A stretch of DNA of 64,000 nt. Origin: an uncultured Gemmatimonadota bacterium (lineage in GTDB: Bacteria > JAAXHH01). Both the position numbers and the translations under genes were made by a program. The stretch's first letter is position 1. The number at the start of each line of letters is the position of its first letter. Shown here piece by piece: positions 48,107-57,489 of this stretch. The notes beneath the pieces were generated by a model that was given only the letters and a program-made list of their open reading frames with translations, was not told the origin of the DNA and did no database searches. Where the stretch lies: the NCBI GenBank assembly GCA_951812955.1, contig OX638340.1, forward strand, positions 1,216,001 to 1,280,000. The letters run 5' to 3'.

Positions 48107-49000
48107 TCAGCGATACCGGTATTCGACGATTCCCGGTGAATACAGACTTGTCACCGAATCCATGTTATCCATCAGCAATTCGAAAAAGGATTTGGGGCGT
48201 TGCCGGACCACGTTGGGTTTGCCCGGAAGACCGGCCATCCTGCCGGCCATGGCGATCGCGTCCTGGTAGGTTCCCAGGCGGTCCACGAGCCGCAGGGGAA
48301 GTGCCTGATTGCCCGTGTATATCCGCCCGTCGGCCAGTTCAACGACTTCTTCCCGCGAAAGCGGCCTGAATTGCGTGACCGCTTCGACGAACTGATCGTA
48401 GACATCGTCCACAACCGACTGGAGCAGTCCAACCTCCGTATCCGTCATGCCCCGGGCAACCGAACCGATATCCTTGTGCCTTCCGCTCTTTACGACCTGC
48501 CAGTCGATACCCACCTTTTCCAGCAGGCCTTCGGCTTGCGGTACCACCATGATCACGCCGATACTGCCCGTTAGCGTACCCGGATTGGCCATGATGGAAT
48601 CCGCCGCGCAGGCAATATAGTAACCGCCCGACGCAGCCACGCTTCCCATGGACGCCACGATGACCTTTCCCGCTTCACGGGTCTTCCGCAGTTCATCGAA
48701 GATCTCCTGCGTGGGGGCCACGGCGCCGCCGGGACTCTCGACGCGTAGCACTACGGCCCGCACGGAATCGTCCTCGCGATACTTGATGATCTGGCTGACC
48801 GTGTCGTCGGACCGGGTGATCGGACCCCTGACTTCGACCAGTGCGACCCGGCCATCGCCCATGCCGGAAAAGGACTTTTCACTGCTCAACATGGGACCGA
48901 CGATCAGCAGCACCATGACGATGGCGATAACCAGTACCCCGCCGCCGAGCATTCCGCCGATAATCCAGTCTGATTTTCGAGCCATTACAATGCTCCGCAA
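48107..49000 (-). CDS. sppA: Signal peptide peptidase SppA (36K type)
   Basis: It has an N-terminal TM anchor, the GSVAASGGYYIA serine nucleophile region and a conserved Lys (VVKSGRHKD). Confidence 0.8.
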   Translation of the reverse strand: MRSIVMARKSDWIIGGMLGGGVLVIAIVMVLLIVGPMLSSEKSFSGMGDGRVALVEVRGPITRSDDTVSQIIKYREDDSVRAVVLRVESPGGAVAPTQEIFDELRKTREAGKVIVASMGSVAASGGYYIACAADSIMANPGTLTGSIGVIMVVPQAEGLLEKVGIDWQVVKSGRHKDIGSVARGMTDTEVGLLQSVVDDVYDQFVEAVTQFRPLSREEVVELADGRIYTGNQALPLRLVDRLGTYQDAIAMAGRMAGLPGKPNVVRQRPKSFFELLMDNMDSVTSLYSPGIVEYRYR

Positions 49001-49098
49001 TCCCGCGTCGCGTACAAATTCCAGTACAGTCCAGGATCATTTTGGACGTGATATTCCGTGATCAAAATATCACGTTAGTTTAAGTATGTCAATGACTT

Positions 49099-50922
49099 TT
49101 AGGAATCGGACGGATCGATGTGGAGCCGGTCGCCGGGGTGTATGGCGCTGCGCCGGCCCAGTCCGTTCGTCCTGCGCAGTGCGCTCACGGTCACGTTGTG
49201 GGCCCGCGCGATTTCCCAGAGGGTGTCGCCGGGTTTTACGGTGTAGATGATGGTGCCGGGCGCCGATGCGCTGCCCGCGCCGCGATTCGTTCCGTCTCCC
49301 GTACCGGACGTTCGAGTCGAGGACGAAGCGCCTCCGTCCGCGGCGCCGCGCGGCCGCGGGACATAGATGGTCAGGCTGCGGCCGGCAATGATATCACCCG
49401 GATTGTTCAGCTTGTTCCAGTCCTGCAGGTTTGCCATGGAAACGCTGTATCTTCTTCCGATACGTGCCAGCGTATCGCCCCGCCTGATCCGGTAGGATAT
49501 GGCTCGATGGGTCGCTGGATCGGGCGGTGCTACGTCCCTGGGCCGCCGATTTGAAATGGATCGATTCGACGAACGGATCGACGAGCCGAATAGCGGTATG
49601 GCGAGCACCTGGCCGATCCGCAGCCGGTTAGGACGGCGTATGCTGTTTTCGACGACGATATCCCTCGTACTTACTCCGAAACGGCGGGAAATACGCCCCA
49701 GGGTGTCTCCTCTCCGGACTTTGTAAAACGCCATGTCGGATGGATCCGGTCCGGGCGGTTCGATGCCGGCCCACGTGGTGTAGGACCGCTTCGTTCCCAG
49801 CGGAACGTTGAGGTCGAACCCCGGCACAGCCTTCCAGCGGCGCAGTTCCGGGTTCAGTTCACGCAGTTTCTCGACCTGGATCTTCATGCCCTCGGCCACT
49901 TCTTCCAATACCATGGCCCGCTGCACCGGAACGGATTCGTGTATCAGCGGCAGGCCTCCCAGGGGATCGAATCCATATTCCTCCGGCGTCTTTGCGATGA
50001 CGGCCGACGCCATGACGAAGGCAACGAAGTGAATCGAACGGCCGGGCAGTCTCATGTTCCAGAGACTCAGGCCTTGCGCTGTTCGCACCGGCTCGGATCC
50101 GGCATGGTGCGCCGCCATTACGAGATCCCAACTGCCCAGTTCCAGATAGAGATCCTTGAACCTGGCCACCGCCGCGCGCGTGGACTTCTCAGGATCGTAA
50201 CGCTCGTCGACCTCGTCGCTTCGGGCCAGGCCGTAACGGTCCGCGTCTTCCAGAGAAAGTTGCCACAAACCCGCCCTGCCATCTCCGGAGCGCGCCCTGG
50301 GGTCGAAGCCGCTTTCGACCATGGCGACGTAGACCAGGTCGTCCGGAAGACCGGATCTGGAAAGAATCGACTGGATCATGGCCCGGTACCGGTTCGTCCG
50401 GCTCAGCCACCCTGTGAAAATGCCGGAAGCATCGTTCCGCAGGACTTGAATCGCCCTTTTCACCCGGTCGTCGTAGCTTATGGGAACGTCGAACCGGCCG
50501 AAATCGGGCCATGGTGGTTCAACCGCTGGAACGCGGTCAAATCCATCCACGTAGGATGCGAGGAGTGAAAAACCTTCGGCGCCGGACCTTTCTTCGAGGT
50601 AAGTGTCCGTCGTCGAACCCGCATCCGCCGTGACGGAATCGGTTGCAGGATGGCGCTCCCTCGCGTCGGAATCCGCGGTGATTCCCTGATTTCCTTCAAA
50701 GGCCGTAGTCGCGCTAGTATCGGGTAAATGGAAAGGAGCATACAAAAATACCGACGCTGAAATCGAAGTAGCGTCGGTTGGCGAGTCCACGGCGGCGGGG
50801 GAGGCCGCATGGAGGACGGCGTGAGACGGGCACAGGAAAGCCAGGCAGATCGTCAGCCGCCACAGGGTGCGTAAACGGCTGGCCGGTATACTGCGATTTA
50901 CCGTGCAGATGGTACTGAGCAT
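49099..50922 (-). CDS. Membrane-bound lytic murein transglycosylase D-like protein (SLT domain + 3 C-terminal LysM domains)
   Basis: The SLT catalytic motif is AMVESGFDPRARSGDGRAGLWQL. Three LysM repeats are present (YKVRRGDTLGRIS..., YRIRRGDTLARIG..., YTVKPGDTLWEIA...). Start trimmed to M40 (a signal peptide follows). Confidence 0.8.
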   Translation of the reverse strand: MLSTICTVNRSIPASRLRTLWRLTICLAFLCPSHAVLHAASPAAVDSPTDATSISASVFLYAPFHLPDTSATTAFEGNQGITADSDARERHPATDSVTADAGSTTDTYLEERSGAEGFSLLASYVDGFDRVPAVEPPWPDFGRFDVPISYDDRVKRAIQVLRNDASGIFTGWLSRTNRYRAMIQSILSRSGLPDDLVYVAMVESGFDPRARSGDGRAGLWQLSLEDADRYGLARSDEVDERYDPEKSTRAAVARFKDLYLELGSWDLVMAAHHAGSEPVRTAQGLSLWNMRLPGRSIHFVAFVMASAVIAKTPEEYGFDPLGGLPLIHESVPVQRAMVLEEVAEGMKIQVEKLRELNPELRRWKAVPGFDLNVPLGTKRSYTTWAGIEPPGPDPSDMAFYKVRRGDTLGRISRRFGVSTRDIVVENSIRRPNRLRIGQVLAIPLFGSSIRSSNRSISNRRPRDVAPPDPATHRAISYRIRRGDTLARIGRRYSVSMANLQDWNKLNNPGDIIAGRSLTIYVPRPRGAADGGASSSTRTSGTGDGTNRGAGSASAPGTIIYTVKPGDTLWEIARAHNVTVSALRRTNGLGRRSAIHPGDRLHIDPSDS

Positions 50923-51046
50923 AGTGAGCGCTGTATACGAAAATCCGACTGCGTTCGATGGATCTTTACAGGCCGATGGGTCGGCCGGAACCTCGGTCAG
51001 TCCAACAGGCACTGACATTCGGGATGAGGTCGCCACCATCGGGTAG

Positions 51047-51119
51047 TGGAGCTGAGCGGGATCGAACCGCTGACCTCATGAATGCCATTCATGCGCTCTC
51101 CCAGCTGAGCTACAGCCCC
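51047..51119 (-). tRNA. tRNA-Ala (anticodon GGC)
   Basis: The reverse complement reads GGGGCTGTAGCTCAGCTGGGAGAGCGCATGAATGGCATTCATGAGGTCAGCGGTTCGATCCCGCTCAGCTCCA. It has a G3:U70 identity pair and a 5-bp anticodon stem with loop ATGGCAT. CCA is not encoded. Confidence 0.9.
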
Positions 51120-51472
51120 TGACGCCGCTAAAAATATGAACAGGACAGGAGACTGTCAAGTGAAAACCTCGCGCGGATGCAGTCGCTGAAAGTGCAGGAT
51201 GCCGCCGTGGATAAAGCGCGGGCGACACCTCGGAACTAACGCGGATGCCGCCGCAAATGGATACGTTTGCAACCCAGATCGAAATCAAGATTACCGCTTG
51301 ATGTCGACGGAGTTCCTGATTAACGTCGAGGTACCGGGCACGCCTTCAGTCCGCGCGGCGGATCGACGCCGGAATCCTGTGTATTCACGTTGGCAATTGC
51401 AGTCATCGACGAATCGGGGGCGTGCCGGAATAGCGGTCGGTACCCCTATGTTCATCGAAAGGCCATAGATTC

Positions 51473-52948
51473 ATGTCCATAGTCAAGACCAGCGTAAGCC
51501 ATCCAATCCGCGTCGATGCAGTACGTCCGAGGGACGGTTTCGGCCAGATCGGCGTCACCCTGTGTCCCGGCAAAAAGTATCCCTGGGGAATTGCGGGGAA
51601 CTGGGAACGCGACCTGTGCCTGGACCTCGAAAGGATCAGAAAGTGGGGCGCGACGGCGGTAGTCAGCCTGATCACCGAGGAGGAAATACGGGACCTGCAA
51701 GTTCAGGACATCTCAAGGGCGGTTGCGGACCGCCATATGGAGTGGTGGCACCTGCCCATCCCGGACGGGCAGCCACCCGGACCAGACTTCGAAAAAGCCT
51801 GGGTTCATGCGGGAGCGGCCATCCGGGACCGCCTGCGACTCGGATTCGACGTGCTCGTCCATTGTAAGGGCGGCCTGGGCCGCGCGGGTACGGTCGCCGC
51901 GCGGTTGCTCGTTGAGTTCGGCGAAAATCCGGACGAAGCGATACGGCGCGTTCGAGCGGCACGCTCGCAAAACGCCCTCGAAACGCGCGACCAGGAACGC
52001 CACGTAAAGCAATGCGCGCGGGCAGCGCCCACTCGACCCGTCACGACAGAAGAAAGCATCCGGGACCGCGCGATCGGCGCCTTCCTGGGTCTCGCGGTAG
52101 GGGACGCGGTCGGCACGACGCTCGAGTTCCGGGGCCGCGACGCGCAGGAGCGGGTGGACGATATGGTAGGCGGTGGTCCGTTCAATCTGTCAGCCGGCGA
52201 ATGGACCGACGACACCACCATGGCGCTGGCCCTGGCCGACAGTCTCGCCGAATGCGGGACGCTCGATTGCCGGGACCTGATGGACCGGTTCGTCCGATGG
52301 TGGAAGAAAGGCGAATACTCATGCACCGGGAGTTGCTTCGACATCGGGAATACCACGAGCGCGGCGCTTTCACGCTATGTGCGGACAGACGATCCGATCG
52401 CTGGTTCCACCGAATCCCGCGCCGCGGGAAACGGTTCGCTGATGCGGCTCGCCCCGGTCGCACTGCGCTACTGGGACGACCGCGCCTTGCTCGACGCCAC
52501 GGCGGCAGAACAGTCCCGGACCACCCACGGGTCCGAGGAGGCGGTGGACGCCTGCCGGGCCTTCGCGGAACTGCTTGCGGACGCCATCGCGGGCAAAGCA
52601 CGGGTGGAAGTCCTCGCCCCGAGGTCCTTCGATGGAGCACCGGCCGTCGCCCGGATTCTTGGTGGTAGCTGGCGCGGCCTTGCCCGGAGAAAGATCAGTT
52701 CGAGCGGATATGTGATAGACACCATGGAAGCCGCGTTATGGTCCGTCGCCCGCACCTCCGATTTCCGGGGCGCCGTGCTGCTCGCGGCCAACCTGGCTGA
52801 TGACGCCGACACGGTCGCCGCGGTGACGGGGCAGCTCGCCGGAGCGCTCTACGGCCTGAGCGGCATTCCCGGCGACTGGCTTGATCAGGTCGCGTGGAAG
52901 GATCGACTCCTGGACGTGGCGGGCCGATTGACGAGCAGAACCATCTGA
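51473..52948 (+). CDS. Fusion protein: protein-tyrosine/dual-specificity phosphatase-like domain + ADP-ribosylglycohydrolase (ARH/DraG family) domain
   Basis: The N-terminal ~180 aa have the PTP signature VHCKGGLGRAGT (Cx5R). The C-terminal ~300 aa have ARH motifs GAFLGLAVGDAVG, GEWTDDTTMALA, GNGSLMRLAPV and TVAAVTGQLAGALYG. Confidence 0.75.
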   Translation: MSIVKTSVSHPIRVDAVRPRDGFGQIGVTLCPGKKYPWGIAGNWERDLCLDLERIRKWGATAVVSLITEEEIRDLQVQDISRAVADRHMEWWHLPIPDGQPPGPDFEKAWVHAGAAIRDRLRLGFDVLVHCKGGLGRAGTVAARLLVEFGENPDEAIRRVRAARSQNALETRDQERHVKQCARAAPTRPVTTEESIRDRAIGAFLGLAVGDAVGTTLEFRGRDAQERVDDMVGGGPFNLSAGEWTDDTTMALALADSLAECGTLDCRDLMDRFVRWWKKGEYSCTGSCFDIGNTTSAALSRYVRTDDPIAGSTESRAAGNGSLMRLAPVALRYWDDRALLDATAAEQSRTTHGSEEAVDACRAFAELLADAIAGKARVEVLAPRSFDGAPAVARILGGSWRGLARRKISSSGYVIDTMEAALWSVARTSDFRGAVLLAANLADDADTVAAVTGQLAGALYGLSGIPGDWLDQVAWKDRLLDVAGRLTSRTI

Positions 52949-53175
52949 CCTCTGCCCCTGGACCACATTCACAGGCTCTTGTATCTGCTATACTCTGACC
53001 GATTGACGAGCAGGACGAATTGACCTCTGTACAACCCGGGGCGCATACCGGGTTCGGCATCGATTGGCGCAAATTTCTGCTTGAATAGCGCAGGGCGCCG
53101 TGTTATAGTCCTGCATCTCGTTACAACCTTTCCGAACGCATACGATTTCAGTTCGATCGTTGAATCAGGACGCCC

Positions 53176-54441
53176 ATGGCGGAATCCCTGGCAATCGACG
53201 GCGGAACACCGGTCCGCACGCAACAGTGGCCTCCGCTCATACCCGGTGGATCGGTTTACGGGGAAGAGGAAAAACAGGCCGCCATCGAAGTCATCGAGGC
53301 CCGTTCTCCTTTCCGTTACTACGGCATAGAGTCCCTGGGCAAGGTCGACCGGTTCGAAGCGGCCTACGCCCGGTACGTCGGCACCCGCTTCGCCCTGGCA
53401 ACCCACAGCGGAAGCACAGCGCTCTCCGTGGCCCTCGCCGCCCTCGACGTGGGTCCGGGCACGGAAGTCATCATGCCGGCCTTCATGTGGATCGCCGACG
53501 TCAACGCGGTCGTGCATCTGCGTGCCGTGCCGGTCCTCGCCGACATCGACGAAACGCTGAACCTCGACCCCGGTGACATTGAACGCCGCATCACGCCCCG
53601 CACCCGGGTCATCATCGCCGTCCACATGGCCGGAACGGCCGCCGACATGCCCGCCATCCTGGAGGTGGCGGACCGGCACGGGATCCCCGTGCTCGAGGAT
53701 TGCTCCCAGGCGGCGGGCGCGCGCATCGGAGGGCGGCCCGTGGGATCCATGGGCAAGGCCGGTGCCGTCAGCCTGCAGTACAACAAAAATTTCACCACCG
53801 GCGAAGGCGGGATGATTACGACGGACGACGATGAAGTCTACCGCCGGGCGGTCTGCTTCCACGACACGGGTTTCGAACGGGATCTCGAAGGGGTTTCGAC
53901 CGGAGAGGACTCGGCGTTCGAGACCTTTGGCATGGGCGTCCGCATGGACGAACTCCGCGGCGCGGTAGGCCTGGTCCAACTGGAGAAGTTGCCCGGCATC
54001 CTGGAAGGCATGCGACGCCATCAGGACAGGTTGCGCGAGACGCTCGGCAGGACGCCCGGTATCCAGCTTCGCCGCATCGCCGATCCCGAAGGCGACAGCG
54101 GGGCCTATTTCTCCTGGATTCATGATTCGGCGGAAGCGGCCGCCCGTTTCACCGCGGCCGTCAGGGCGGAAGGCATCCCTGCTGGAGAGCCCCACGGCGG
54201 CATTCACCAGTACAGGTACATGTCCAACCTGCTGAACAAGGCGCCGGTGACGACGGCCGGATGCCCCTGGACCTGTCCATTCAACTCCGAAAGCCCTATG
54301 GAATACCGCGCCGGCATGCTGCCGCGCAGCGACGATCTGCTGGACCGGGCGCGCATCCTGCCGTTGCCCGCACAGTTGACCGAAGAAGACGTGGACGACG
54401 TGATCCGGGCGTTCCGCAAGGTAGCGCGGGCCGTCCTGTAG
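53176..54441 (+). CDS. DegT/DnrJ/EryC1/StrS family PLP-dependent (sugar) aminotransferase
   Basis: Typical family organisation, with the lysine region SLQYNKNFTTGEGGMI. Confidence 0.8.
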   Translation: MAESLAIDGGTPVRTQQWPPLIPGGSVYGEEEKQAAIEVIEARSPFRYYGIESLGKVDRFEAAYARYVGTRFALATHSGSTALSVALAALDVGPGTEVIMPAFMWIADVNAVVHLRAVPVLADIDETLNLDPGDIERRITPRTRVIIAVHMAGTAADMPAILEVADRHGIPVLEDCSQAAGARIGGRPVGSMGKAGAVSLQYNKNFTTGEGGMITTDDDEVYRRAVCFHDTGFERDLEGVSTGEDSAFETFGMGVRMDELRGAVGLVQLEKLPGILEGMRRHQDRLRETLGRTPGIQLRRIADPEGDSGAYFSWIHDSAEAAARFTAAVRAEGIPAGEPHGGIHQYRYMSNLLNKAPVTTAGCPWTCPFNSESPMEYRAGMLPRSDDLLDRARILPLPAQLTEEDVDDVIRAFRKVARAVL

Positions 54442-54503
54442 CGTGATCGAATCCGTAGTGCAACTTTATCAGGGCGTTCCGCAAGGTAGCGCGGGCCGTC
54501 CTG
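54407..54503. repeat. 32-bp perfect direct repeat (GGGCGTTCCGCAAGGTAGCGCGGGCCGTCCTG) duplicating the last codons of the DegT gene 33 bp downstream
   Basis: Copy 1 is at 54407-54438 (the gene's 3' end). Copy 2 is at 54472-54503 (intergenic). Confidence 0.85.
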
Positions 54504-54544
54504 AAAGCTTGCCCTTTAACTGAACCAGCCACGGGAGAACCCGC

Positions 54545-55732
54545 ATGAGCGATGTTACGAGCCCGGTCCGGACAGACAACCTCCCCCCACCGGACGACGC
54601 ATTCTGGAAAGGAATCCGCCGCGACCAGTTCTACCTGGAACCCGATATCGCCTTTCTCCAGGGCGGCTCCGTCGGACCGTCACCCAAGCCGGTCGTGGAT
54701 CGCGTGACCGAGGCCATCCGGGCCTTCGACAGCGACCCTTTGAAGCACCAGCAGCAATACTGGCCTATTGTCGAGGAAGCGAGAGAAAAGCTGGCGAAAT
54801 ACGTTGGCACGCGGCCGGAGCGCATCGCGCTGGTCCAGAACACCACCATGGCGCTCAGCGTCTTCGCCCAGGGCGTGACCTGGAAGGTAGGCGGAGAAAT
54901 CCTGATGACGGACCAGGAATACGGCGCGGTAAACGCCTGCTTCGACTACGTGGCCGAACGGCACGGCATGACCGTCCGCAGGGTGCATCTGCCCATGGAG
55001 ATCACCGACAAGCAGCAGATTATCGATGTATTCAAAAGTGGAATAAACGAGCGTACGGCGGCCCTGGTCTTCGGGCACGTGTATTGGTCGACGGGCATGG
55101 TGACGCCAGTGAAGGAACTGACGGAAATCGGCCGTGAGCATGGCATCTGGGTCGTGGTGGACGGCGCTCACGCCGTGAGCATGGTCCCCCTGCATCTGGA
55201 CGAATGGAATCCCCATTTCTACGCGTCCAGCCTCCACAAGTGGACCCTGTCCCCCAAAGGCACGGGCATGCTCTTCGTATCGGACGACGCCCATGACCGG
55301 GTCGAGCCGCTCATCCTGGGTTCCAGCGCCCATCCCAATCCGAACGCGAGCCGGTTCGACATGATGGGCACCCGGGACCAGACGCCATTCATTGGGCTGG
55401 GAACGGCGCTCGATTTCCAGCAGGAGATCGGATGGGATCACATACGGACGTATTGTCGGGGCCTGGTGAATTACATGCGCGAACGCCTAGGCCGCATCCG
55501 GGGTGTACGCTTCCTGACGCCGCGCGACCCCGAGATGTCCGGGTTCATCACGACCTTCACTATCGAAGGCGCCGATCTCCAGAAAATCCGGCAGGAACTG
55601 TGGGACGACGAAAAGATCGAGACCGTGGCCTTCCACATCAACGACGTGCCCGTCTTCCGCATTTCCACTCATTTTTATAACAGCCGGGAGGAAATCGACC
55701 GCATGGTGCGGGCCATCGAGCGGCGGCTGTAG
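54545..55732 (+). CDS. Aminotransferase class V-fold PLP-dependent enzyme (isopenicillin-N-epimerase/cysteine-desulfurase-like)
   Basis: 395 aa. The SLHKW lysine motif is present with class V fold similarity. Confidence 0.7.
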   Translation: MSDVTSPVRTDNLPPPDDAFWKGIRRDQFYLEPDIAFLQGGSVGPSPKPVVDRVTEAIRAFDSDPLKHQQQYWPIVEEAREKLAKYVGTRPERIALVQNTTMALSVFAQGVTWKVGGEILMTDQEYGAVNACFDYVAERHGMTVRRVHLPMEITDKQQIIDVFKSGINERTAALVFGHVYWSTGMVTPVKELTEIGREHGIWVVVDGAHAVSMVPLHLDEWNPHFYASSLHKWTLSPKGTGMLFVSDDAHDRVEPLILGSSAHPNPNASRFDMMGTRDQTPFIGLGTALDFQQEIGWDHIRTYCRGLVNYMRERLGRIRGVRFLTPRDPEMSGFITTFTIEGADLQKIRQELWDDEKIETVAFHINDVPVFRISTHFYNSREEIDRMVRAIERRL

Positions 55733-55747
55733 GGAAAGGAAATTGAA

Positions 55748-56803
55748 ATGAACGATGAACATGGGTTCATAACGCGCACCATCCACGAGGGCGAGGCGGG
55801 GAATTCGTCGGCGACGCCGATCTACCAGTCGACCACGGTGGACGGTGCATATCTTCGGGGAAGCAATCCGACTTTCACGGCATTCGAGGAGAAGATGTGC
55901 GCACTCGAGGGCGGCGGACGCAGTATCGCGACCGCCTGCGGCATGGCGTCGGTCACCCAGGCCGTGATGACGCTCATTCGCGCGGGCTCCAGAATCGTGT
56001 GTCACCAAACCGGCTACGTCTGGACCCGGCATTTCATGTCCGAAGAGCTGCCCCGGCTCGGTTTCGATACCGAACTGATCGACATGCGGGATCCGAAACA
56101 GCTCGACGCGGCCCTTGAGAAGCCCACGGACGTGGTTTACTTCGAACCCTTGTCCAATCCCACGCTGGACATCATCGATGCGCCCGGTGTCATTCAAAAG
56201 GCCCACCAGGCCGGCGCGAAGGTCGTAATCGATAATACGTTTCTCTCCCCCTATCTCTTCCGTCCCATGGACCACGGGGCAGACGTCGTGCTGCACAGTG
56301 CAACCAAGTATCTCTGCGGTCACGGAGACGCCCTGGCCGGCATCATCACGACCCGCGATCCCGATCTGGGTGAACAGGTCCTTCGATCCCGGAACACCTA
56401 TGGCGGCATCTTGAGCCCTATGAACGCCTTTCTCCTGCTCCGGGGGATAAAGACCCTCTCCATCCGCATGGACCGGCACAACCTGAACGCCCGCGCCGTG
56501 GCGGACTTCCTGGAATCCCATCCCCGGGTAAAAAGGACCTACTATCCCGGTCTTCCCTCCACGCCCGGACACGAAATCGCACGGTCCCAGTGGAACGGAT
56601 ATGGCGGGATGGTGAGTTTCGAAATCGCCGAGGAGACCGTCGTCGGATTCCTCGACCGCGTGCGCCTGTGCAAGCCCTGGGTGAGCCTGGGCGACGTCGG
56701 CTCCCTCGTCACCGGCGACCCGGAGGGGCAACGCGTAAGGATGTCCGTGGGTCTCGAAGACACCGATGACATTATCAAGGATCTCGAGCAGGCGCTGGGT
56801 TGA
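55748..56803 (+). CDS. Cys/Met-metabolism PLP-dependent enzyme (cystathionine gamma-synthase/gamma-lyase family)
   Basis: SATKYLCGHGDALAG carries the PLP lysine, consistent with the trans-sulfuration family. Confidence 0.85.
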   Translation: MNDEHGFITRTIHEGEAGNSSATPIYQSTTVDGAYLRGSNPTFTAFEEKMCALEGGGRSIATACGMASVTQAVMTLIRAGSRIVCHQTGYVWTRHFMSEELPRLGFDTELIDMRDPKQLDAALEKPTDVVYFEPLSNPTLDIIDAPGVIQKAHQAGAKVVIDNTFLSPYLFRPMDHGADVVLHSATKYLCGHGDALAGIITTRDPDLGEQVLRSRNTYGGILSPMNAFLLLRGIKTLSIRMDRHNLNARAVADFLESHPRVKRTYYPGLPSTPGHEIARSQWNGYGGMVSFEIAEETVVGFLDRVRLCKPWVSLGDVGSLVTGDPEGQRVRMSVGLEDTDDIIKDLEQALG

Positions 56804-56891
56804 GGGATTGACGGAAATTCGCACACGCAACCGCTCGCGTACCTGATGCATGAAGTCTGGGTCACAAAGCACGTCGTCTCGAGCCGTGTCG

Positions 56892-57047
56892 TTATGAGCC
56901 GCGTCGATCAATGGACACGTAAGCGCAAGCTGCGGAGTCATGAGCCGCGTTGATCAATGGACACGTATGCGCAAGCTGCGGAGTCATGAGCCGCGTTGAT
57001 CAATGGACACGTATGCGCAAGCTACGGAGTCATGAGCCGCGTTGATC
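56892..57047. repeat. ~3.4 x 46-bp tandem repeat (TCATGAGCCGCGTTGATCAATGGACACGTATGCGCAAGCTGCGGAG)
   Basis: Units lie at 56892-56937, 56938-56983 and 56984-57029, with a partial unit to about 57047 and degenerate copies on either side. It is intergenic. Confidence 0.85.
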
Positions 57048-57489
57048 TCAGACTGCGCGTCATGAGCAGCGTCGAGTAGCAATAGTTCCCACCCGGCATG
57101 ACGCAAGGTTCCCGCTTTCTACCACAGGCTCTCGCAACCACTTCACACAACCTGCCACCTGCTTCCTGCACCCATCACTACGATTTGATTCAGCGTAAAT
57201 GGCGCGCAACGAGAACGGACAGAAAGTGAGTCGTGTCCAGCGGGTCGGAGCGGTAACAGCTTGTCTGGTGCGTGAGCCGAATGGAATAACTGGTAGGGAA
57301 CCGACAGGATACGGCACGCGTTCAATGGAGCAATGGACAGGGAAGCCGACAGTACGCGGCACACGATCACCATCATCAGCAGGCTGGGAGCGAACTGCAG
57401 TTTAAGTCAATCGTAGCTGTAACAAGAGCCACACCAGTAAACAAGCCACGACAGAAAGAAGAGACCACAACATCAACAAGGAGCCGCGA

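Noticed and set aside
52969-54207. 412-aa minus-strand ORF
   Set aside because: It lies entirely antisense to the DegT-family aminotransferase, which has clear PLP motifs. It is an Arg/Gly-rich shadow ORF typical of high-GC genomes.
55487-56941. 484-aa minus-strand ORF
   Set aside because: It is antisense to the CGS-family gene, which carries the SATKY..GHGD motif, and to the end of the class V aminotransferase. It has no motifs of its own.
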